Shown here: positions 26,407-32,000 of the stretch, one piece after another
Position numbering within the stretch: the first letter of the stretch is position 1
How the letters are laid out: each line of letters opens with the position of its first letter
Assembly: GCF_000195755.1 (NCBI RefSeq)
Contig: NC_002937.3
Coordinates: 1,320,001 to 1,352,000, forward strand
Direction of reading: 5' to 3'
DNA: 32,000 nucleotides
Source: Nitratidesulfovibrio vulgaris str. Hildenborough
GTDB taxonomy: Bacteria; Desulfobacterota; Desulfovibrionia; Desulfovibrionales; Desulfovibrionaceae
Program-made: the position numbers and the translations under genes
Notes under the pieces: generated by a model
What the model was told of the DNA's origin: nothing
What the model saw: only the letters and a program-made list of their open reading frames with translations
The model's database searches: none

Positions 26407-26656
26407 ATACATACCATTATAACAGCTTTGCTCTCGTAGGGTGTGCTGTTGCCTTCATGTGCGGTTTCATATATCCGAACCCATCAGGCACTGGAACGGC
26501 TTTTGTCGTTACGCTGGCTTAGGCCACGAGGGGCGTACCGATGCAGGCCGCTGGAGCGTACCCGGCTATCGCCAGGGAATAAGGTTCTTGATCGAGGGAA
26601 CAAGAGCCTCTCTTGGCGTGTGTCCGGTGCGTACTACAACCTAGGGGAAACGGAAC

Positions 26657-27940
26657 ATGAAGCGACTTTGTACACTTCTTCTTGCCGCTGGCCTTCTGCT
26701 TGCGGCCTTTACGGGTTCGGCGTCCGCCGAGGGCTTTGCACTCTATGAGTGGGGGGCGCGTGGCAACGCGCTGGGTGGTTCCATGGTCGGTCGTGCTGAC
26801 GACCCTTCGGCCGTGGCGTTCAACCCGGCGGGCATCACACAGCTTGAGGGTACCCATGTGATGGGCGGTTTCAGCGCCATCATCCCCAGCAGCACAGTCG
26901 AAATCAATCATGGCGCTAGAAGCTACGAAGGCGAGGGCGCCTTCAACATATGGGTTCCTCCGCACGGTTACATGACCACGCAACTCAGCGACAACATGTG
27001 GCTGGGTATGGGCATATACACCCGTTTCGGCCTTGGTTCGGAGTATGACGACTCAAGCTGGGGCGGGCGCTACAATATCTATAATGTCGGCATCCAGACC
27101 GTGTCGTTCAACCCCAACCTCGCCTTCAAGCTCACCGACGACCTGTCGGCAGCCATCGGTGTCGAGGTGATGGGGCTGAAGCTGGACATGAAGAAGAAGA
27201 TCAATCCTACCGGCAAGGCCAACAACGCTCCCGGGAACAATCCTGCCGGAGACATCGATTCAGACCTTGAGGCCGACAGCTACGGGGTTGGCCTTACGGC
27301 GGGCCTGCATTATCGCCTCAACGACCAGTGGGCCGCGGGCGTGAGCTACAAGAGTCAGGTGAAGCACAAGGCGCGCGGCACCAATGACTTCAGCAATGTC
27401 CCTGCTGGACCGTTGCAGGGTGTCTATGCCGATTGCGATGTGAATGGTGTGGTCATCCTTCCTGACATGATTTCCTTCGGCGTCGTCTACTATCCCACTC
27501 CGGAGTGGAGCATCGAAGCCGGTGCCACACTCACGCGCTGGAGTCTCTATGACAACCTGCCCATCTACCATTCCGCGCCGTTCTATAACGGAGCTGGAGC
27601 GATGGTGAACAGCGAGAAGGAGTGGAACGACGCTTGGCGCTACAACGTGGGCGTGGAATACAAGGCCACCGACTGGATGGACCTGCGTGTTGGCTACGTC
27701 TATGACGTGTCGCCCGTCGATGACGACCATGTGGACTACCTCATCCCCACGCAGGACAGGCAACTGTACAGCACCGGTGTGGGCTTCCACTGGGATAGCT
27801 ACACCGTCGACCTCTCGTACACCTACATCGTCGCCAGCGAAGTCGAGTACTCGCAACGCACATCGGAGGGCATCTTCGAGGGCAATTCCAAGGGTGGCCG
27901 GACGCATGTACTCGGCCTCTCGGTGGGATACACCTTCTAG
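26657..27940 (+). CDS. FadL/TodX (OMPP1) family outer-membrane hydrophobic-compound channel
   Basis: ATG 26657 is preceded by AGGGGA. It has a signal peptide (MKRLCTLLLAAGLLLAAFTGSASA) and the N-terminal hatch motif EGFALYEWGARGNALGGSMVGRADDPSAVAFNPAG. Amphipathic beta-strand periodicity runs throughout, and it ends in the OMP-type terminus VGYTF. Confidence 0.88.
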   Translation: MKRLCTLLLAAGLLLAAFTGSASAEGFALYEWGARGNALGGSMVGRADDPSAVAFNPAGITQLEGTHVMGGFSAIIPSSTVEINHGARSYEGEGAFNIWVPPHGYMTTQLSDNMWLGMGIYTRFGLGSEYDDSSWGGRYNIYNVGIQTVSFNPNLAFKLTDDLSAAIGVEVMGLKLDMKKKINPTGKANNAPGNNPAGDIDSDLEADSYGVGLTAGLHYRLNDQWAAGVSYKSQVKHKARGTNDFSNVPAGPLQGVYADCDVNGVVILPDMISFGVVYYPTPEWSIEAGATLTRWSLYDNLPIYHSAPFYNGAGAMVNSEKEWNDAWRYNVGVEYKATDWMDLRVGYVYDVSPVDDDHVDYLIPTQDRQLYSTGVGFHWDSYTVDLSYTYIVASEVEYSQRTSEGIFEGNSKGGRTHVLGLSVGYTF

Positions 27941-28013
27941 CCTTTCGTAGGTCCATCAACCGGCCGGGCACAATCTGCCGAAAGCCGGTTGGCGGAATTC
28001 CTCCACCAAGTGA

Positions 28014-28043
28014 GGGTCGGGGCTGCGTGCTCCGGCCCTTTTT
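28014..28043 (+). terminator. Rho-independent terminator of the FadL-family gene
   Basis: GGGTCGGGGC (28014-28023), loop TGCGT, GCTCCGGCCC (28029-28038; 10 bp including two G-U pairs), then TTTTT (28039-28043). Confidence 0.6.
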
Positions 28044-28253
28044 CACTGGATTCTCTGGCAGGGCGTGCTGCTCTCCGACAGGGGCCCGTCCCCGCAGGGG
28101 GCGCCAAGCCGGAGTGCGGGACTGTGTCGGCGTTCTGCACCGGTGTTTGATATGGGGCAACCTGCCGTAGCGGGGATGCAATGATCGCGTGGGTTCGGTC
28201 GTTACGCCTGTGATGGTGACCTCTGTCCCGTGGTCTCTCCCGGGACTGTCGCG

Positions 28254-29912
28254 TCAGGGAATGCGTCGATAGATGATCGTCTCTGGGGGGAGATTGCGCA
28301 GGAGGAACGGGGCGGCATCTCGTTTCCCGCTACGGGTCATGGTCCGGACATCCTTTTCTGTGGCGTCGCGTTTTTCGAGCGCGACCATGAATGTGAGGCC
28401 GTTCCGGGGCATCCAGACCGGAACGACCATCAAGTCCTGTCTGTTCGCAGTGCTTCTGTAGGTGGCATACGCAGTTTCAAGGGAATCGTGTCTGGAGAGC
28501 ACGGCAAGACTCAGTCCGTTCACGGCCTCTCCACGTGTGAGCGGCAAGGCGGGCAGGGTGAGGATGGTTCCTGTGGGCAGCATGTTCGGGTTGGTGATGC
28601 CGGGGTTGGCTTCGAGAACCTTGTCGAGTACGCCGCCAGCCCGGCCATAGACAGTCTCCAGCAGACGCAACATGGTCTCGCCCCGTGGCAGGACGAGCGC
28701 CCCCAACCTTTCGGGGGGCGTTACCGACGATGCCGACGTGGCTGTCTCAAGTCCGTCGATACCATTCGTCCCTGACTCGATCGATGCCACAGGCTGGTCG
28801 GAGGCCATGCCCCGTGCCTCCTGTGGCGTGTTCCGTCCATTCTGTTCGCTCTTCGGGACAAAGGGGGCTGCATCGTTCGGAAGGGCTTGGTGCTGTCCCT
28901 CAGTGAGGCCTGTCGTGCCTGACAGCGCCGGATGGGGGGCCAACGTCGCCCGTATGTTCGAGAACACCGGTCCTGTCATCGTCGTGAGCGTCTGTTCGAC
29001 CTGCGCGGGGCGCATCACGAAGAGTGCGACGAGGGCCGCCGCGACGCCTGTCGCACCAATCAAGCGAAGATACGGCGTACGTTTTGGTCCAAGGGCCTTG
29101 TCGCGTTGCAGGAAGTCGCGCACGCTACGGGCGGTGATGCGCGGCTTGTTGGTGATGAGCAACGTCATCACCAGCTGGTGACAAAGGCGCATGATGCGTC
29201 GCGGATAACCGCGTGTGGCCCTGTGCACCGCCAGCAGCGCACCAAGGGTGAACAGCCGTTCTCCGGCGGGGCCGCCTGCCAGTCGCAGACGGTGCCGCAC
29301 AAGTCGGATGGTCTCCCGTCTGTCGAGAGGGCGCAGCACGAGGTACTCGTTGATGCGGTCCTTGAAGTTGGGCAGCCCGTCGATGACCTCTTCAAGTTCG
29401 CGTTGCCCGAAGATGACGATCTGCAACAGCTTCTCGGTGTTGGTCTCGTAGTTGAGCAACTCGCGCAGCACTTCGAGGCAGTCGGGTGCCAGCTTCTGCC
29501 CTTCATCGATGCAGAGCAGCACGATACGCCCGCGTTCCACGGCAAGGCTGAACAGCGCGTTCTGGATGGCTTCGATGCAGTCGCGTCTGGGGAGGGTGTC
29601 GGGCACGGGGCCATCCGCCAGCAACCTGCATATGTACCGTGCGAACTCATCCGCCGATTCGAATCCGGGGTCGAGGATGAGATGGGGAATGATGTCTTCC
29701 TGCCCGTCCAGTGCCCGCAACAGGCATCGTGAAAGTGTGCTCTTGCCTGTCCCCACATCGCCGATGACCACATTGAGCCCGCGCTTCAGGCGTATGGAGA
29801 CCTCGAGCCTGTGCAGGCAGTGTTCATGTTCCGGCGCGCGGTAGTAAGCCAGCGGGTCGGGCGAAGTCGAGAAGGGTTCCTGCGCGAGGCCGAGCATTTC
29901 AAGGTACTGCAT
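28254..29912 (-). CDS. ExeA/GspA-like AAA+ ATPase with a TM segment and a periplasmic LysM-like domain
   Basis: Start ATG 29912 (MQYLEMLGLAQEPFSTSPDP, a typical ExeA N-terminus). Walker A is GDVGTGKST (about 29735-29764) and Walker B is LLCIDEGQ. One TM segment (LRLIGATGVAAALVALFVM, about 29005-29065) is followed by a low-complexity linker. A LysM-like motif lies at about 28550-28710 (VLPRGETMLRLLETVYG...LEANPGITNPNMLPTGTILTLP), followed by an unassigned tail of roughly 95 aa. Confidence 0.8.
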   Translation of the reverse strand: MQYLEMLGLAQEPFSTSPDPLAYYRAPEHEHCLHRLEVSIRLKRGLNVVIGDVGTGKSTLSRCLLRALDGQEDIIPHLILDPGFESADEFARYICRLLADGPVPDTLPRRDCIEAIQNALFSLAVERGRIVLLCIDEGQKLAPDCLEVLRELLNYETNTEKLLQIVIFGQRELEEVIDGLPNFKDRINEYLVLRPLDRRETIRLVRHRLRLAGGPAGERLFTLGALLAVHRATRGYPRRIMRLCHQLVMTLLITNKPRITARSVRDFLQRDKALGPKRTPYLRLIGATGVAAALVALFVMRPAQVEQTLTTMTGPVFSNIRATLAPHPALSGTTGLTEGQHQALPNDAAPFVPKSEQNGRNTPQEARGMASDQPVASIESGTNGIDGLETATSASSVTPPERLGALVLPRGETMLRLLETVYGRAGGVLDKVLEANPGITNPNMLPTGTILTLPALPLTRGEAVNGLSLAVLSRHDSLETAYATYRSTANRQDLMVVPVWMPRNGLTFMVALEKRDATEKDVRTMTRSGKRDAAPFLLRNLPPETIIYRRIP

Positions 29913-30022
29913 GGACGTCTCTCGTGGCGTATTCCGGTTCGTGGCGTGAACGGGGCGGGTCCAGGCGCAAGGCGGGGAGAGCCCGCATCGCAGCTGATAT
30001 CGATCTTCATCCATCCGGAGGA

Positions 30023-31132
30023 TCAGTAGTCGTCGTCATCCTGTAGGCTCAATGGACGTTGCTGGGTTGCCGTCTCACGCTGAGCAAAAGCGGCGAACCG
30101 CTGCTTGTCCATGGCATGGGTCGCGGCATCGCGCGCGCTGATGACCCCCTGTGACAGAAGGCGCATGATGTCGTCGTCGAGGGTCTGCATCCCTTGTGCC
30201 TTGCTCGTCTGGAGGAAACTCGGAATCTGGAAGGTCTTGCTCTCGCGGATAAGGTTGCGCACGGCGGGAACACCCAGCATGATTTCCAGTGCCGCCACAC
30301 GTCCCGGTTTGTCGGTGCGTCGCAAGAGCACCTGTGAGATGACCGCCTGAAGCGTCTCGGAGAGGCTTGTCCGTATCTGCGCCTGCGTGTCGGAGGGAAA
30401 GACCTCCACGATGCGGTCGATGGTCTTCGCGGCCGAGATGGTGTGCACGGTCGAGAGCACGAGATGCCCGGTCTCTGCGGCTTCAAGCGCGAGCGTGATG
30501 GTTTCGAGGTCGCGCATTTCGCCAACGAGGATGATGTCGGGGTCTTCGCGTAACGCACCGCGGAGGGCGGCAGCGAAGCTGCGCGTGTCGCGCCCCACTT
30601 CTCGCTGGTTGATGAGGCAGCCGCGTGGCGTGTGCACGAATTCGATAGGGTCTTCGATAGTGATGATATGGTCGCGGCGGTGGCTGTTGGCGTAGTCGAT
30701 CATCGCCGCAAGCGTCGTCGACTTGCCGCTGCCGGTCGGCCCCGTGAGCAGGACAAGCCCCTTGGGGAGCATGGCGAGTTCCTGAAGCAGCGGTGGCAGC
30801 CCAAGTTCATCGACTGAGAGGATGTGCTGCGGAATTTCGCGAAAGGCCGCGCCAACGCCGCGTTCCTGCCGGAAGAGGTTGGCGCGGTAGCGGGCGATGC
30901 CGGGGACGGCATGGCTGAAGTCCACATCGCCGCATTCTTCGAAGAGTGCCAGTTTCGCGGGCGGTGTGATTTCGTGCAGCAGGGCGCGCATCATGTCGTC
31001 TGTGAGGGGCGGGTGGTCGAGCCTTTCAAGCCTGCCATGTACCCGCAACATGGGAACGCACCCCACCGAGAGGTGCAGGTCGGACCCGTGACGCTGATGC
31101 AGTATTTCGAAGAACCTGTCGATGGCGGGCAT
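30023..31132 (-). CDS. pilT: Type IV pilus retraction ATPase PilT (twitching motility protein)
   Basis: Start ATG 31132 is preceded by AAGGA. The 369-aa protein shows GSDLHLSVG..P..R..G, Walker A GPTGSGKSTTLAAMID, IITIEDPIEFVH, the Asp/His boxes (ALREDPD.ILVGEMRD.ET; TGHLV.STVHT) and the PilT motif A.RNLIRE. It has an unusual acidic C-terminal tail ...LQDDDDY. Confidence 0.92.
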   Translation of the reverse strand: MPAIDRFFEILHQRHGSDLHLSVGCVPMLRVHGRLERLDHPPLTDDMMRALLHEITPPAKLALFEECGDVDFSHAVPGIARYRANLFRQERGVGAAFREIPQHILSVDELGLPPLLQELAMLPKGLVLLTGPTGSGKSTTLAAMIDYANSHRRDHIITIEDPIEFVHTPRGCLINQREVGRDTRSFAAALRGALREDPDIILVGEMRDLETITLALEAAETGHLVLSTVHTISAAKTIDRIVEVFPSDTQAQIRTSLSETLQAVISQVLLRRTDKPGRVAALEIMLGVPAVRNLIRESKTFQIPSFLQTSKAQGMQTLDDDIMRLLSQGVISARDAATHAMDKQRFAAFAQRETATQQRPLSLQDDDDY

Positions 31133-31229
31133 AGGATGTCCTTGTGGTTGTCGAAGCTGGCCATGCGCCGTATGGTTCGGGGCCGACGCACGAGAGCCTT
31201 CCGCGGCTGATGGTATGCGAGCGGCAGAA

Positions 31230-31258
31230 ATTAGCAACCCCCATATAATAATAGTCAA
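31230..31258 (-). promoter_or_regulatory. Sigma-70-type promoter candidate for pilT
   Basis: The minus strand reads TTGACT (31258-31253), a 17-nt spacer, then GCTAAT (31235-31230). It sits in the 175-bp divergent pilT/pilD intergenic region. The same AT-rich patch carries TATAAT on the + strand (31244-31249). Confidence 0.3.
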
Positions 31259-31307
31259 AGGTGTCGTGCCACGTTACAGGCGACGCATCCGCGAACGAGG
31301 TTCCCCC

Positions 31308-32000
31308 ATGCACCAGCTACCCCCTGAACTATTGCCGTGGTTCGCTCTTGTGTTCGGTCTCGTGTTCGGCAGCTTCTATAATGTCTGCATCCATCGGTAT
31401 ATCGCGGGCGAATCCATAGTATGGCCTCCTTCACGGTGTCCCAAGTGCGAGACGCGTCTTGGCATACCAGACCTCGTGCCTGTATTCAGTTATCTTTTCC
31501 TGCGCGGAAAGTGCCGTCATTGCGGCAGTCACATCAGTGTGCGCTACCCCGTTGTCGAACTTGCATCGGGTCTGCTGGCCTTTCTTCTGATGCACCGCTA
31601 CGGTCTCACATGGCCTTTTGCCGTGTACTATGTCTTTGGCAGTGCACTGCTGGTGGCTTCGTTCATCGACTTCGAACTCTTCATCCTGCCCGACCCCATC
31701 ACGCTGGGCGGTGCCGTTCTCGCCCCGCCCGCCGCCATCCTGCTACTCGACCTGCCGTGGCAGGCGAGCCTTGCCGGGGCTGTCGTAGGCGGCGGCGGCT
31801 TCTGGCTGGTGGCTTGGCTGTTCCGCAAACTGCGCGGTGTCGAAGGCATGGGCCTCGGGGACGTGAAGCTCATGCTGCTCATCGGCGGGCTGTGCGGCGC
31901 GTCGGCGTTACCTCTCGTTACCATCATCGCGGGCTGTGCCGCGCTGGGGGCGAGTCTGTGGTTTCTCGCCCGACGCGAGAAGGGAACGGACGCGCGAGAG
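31308..32000 (+). CDS. pilD: Prepilin peptidase / N-methyltransferase (A24 family, PilD), 3'-truncated by the window edge
   Basis: This gene is not in the ORF track because no stop codon falls inside the window. ATG 31308 is preceded by GAGG at 31297-31300. The translation MHQLPPELLPWFALVFGLVFGSFYNVCIHR... has the Cys-rich CPKC...CRHC motif, the first catalytic Asp region (ASFIDFELFILPD) and the second (GMGLGDVKLM). Confidence 0.9.
   Translation, partial: MHQLPPELLPWFALVFGLVFGSFYNVCIHRYIAGESIVWPPSRCPKCETRLGIPDLVPVFSYLFLRGKCRHCGSHISVRYPVVELASGLLAFLLMHRYGLTWPFAVYYVFGSALLVASFIDFELFILPDPITLGGAVLAPPAAILLLDLPWQASLAGAVVGGGGFWLVAWLFRKLRGVEGMGLGDVKLMLLIGGLCGASALPLVTIIAGCAALGASLWFLARREKGTDARE

Overview
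High-GC bacterial chromosomal segment, roughly 60-65% G+C by eye, densely packed with housekeeping, nitrogen-regulation and cell-envelope genes. The proteins and gene order resemble a Desulfovibrio/Nitratidesulfovibrio-type sulfate reducer. That is my recollection of D. vulgaris-like synteny (glnB-glnD ... argS ... glnN ... pilT-pilD) and I cannot verify it here. I call 30 protein-coding genes. They are: PII and GlnD; a TauE/SafE-type membrane protein; a low-GC orphan ORF; a polar amino-acid ABC transporter (binding protein, permease, ATPase); a split LysO-family exporter; a cupin; a collinear minus-strand array argS-SPOR-mlaE-mlaF-mlaD-mlaC-mlaA; fabD; rsmG; a small acidic ORF; a PglB/STT3-type N-oligosaccharyltransferase; rlmH; tsaC; a GT9 glycosyltransferase; an RRM RNA-binding protein; type III glutamine synthetase; a FadL-family outer-membrane channel; an ExeA-like AAA+ ATPase with a LysM-like domain; pilT; and a 3'-truncated prepilin peptidase. 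I found no rRNA or tRNA genes, CRISPR arrays, transposases, integrases or prophage signatures. Many ORF-track entries are antisense shadow ORFs or spurious N-terminal extensions, as expected in GC-rich DNA. I trimmed starts to ATGs that have Shine-Dalgarno support. I do not see an unambiguous new multi-gene system. The best leads are: (1) an orphan PglB-type oligosaccharyltransferase with a WWDWG variant motif, sitting among rRNA/tRNA-modification genes; (2) a 699-bp AT-rich divergent control region with a near-consensus sigma-54 promoter for glnN plus palindromic NtrC-like half-sites; (3) an ExeA-like ATPase carrying a LysM-like domain beside pilT/pilD; (4) a low-GC orphan gene islet; (5) mlaA inside an mla operon fused to argS-SPOR. 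All product calls rest on motif recognition by eye. No database search was possible.
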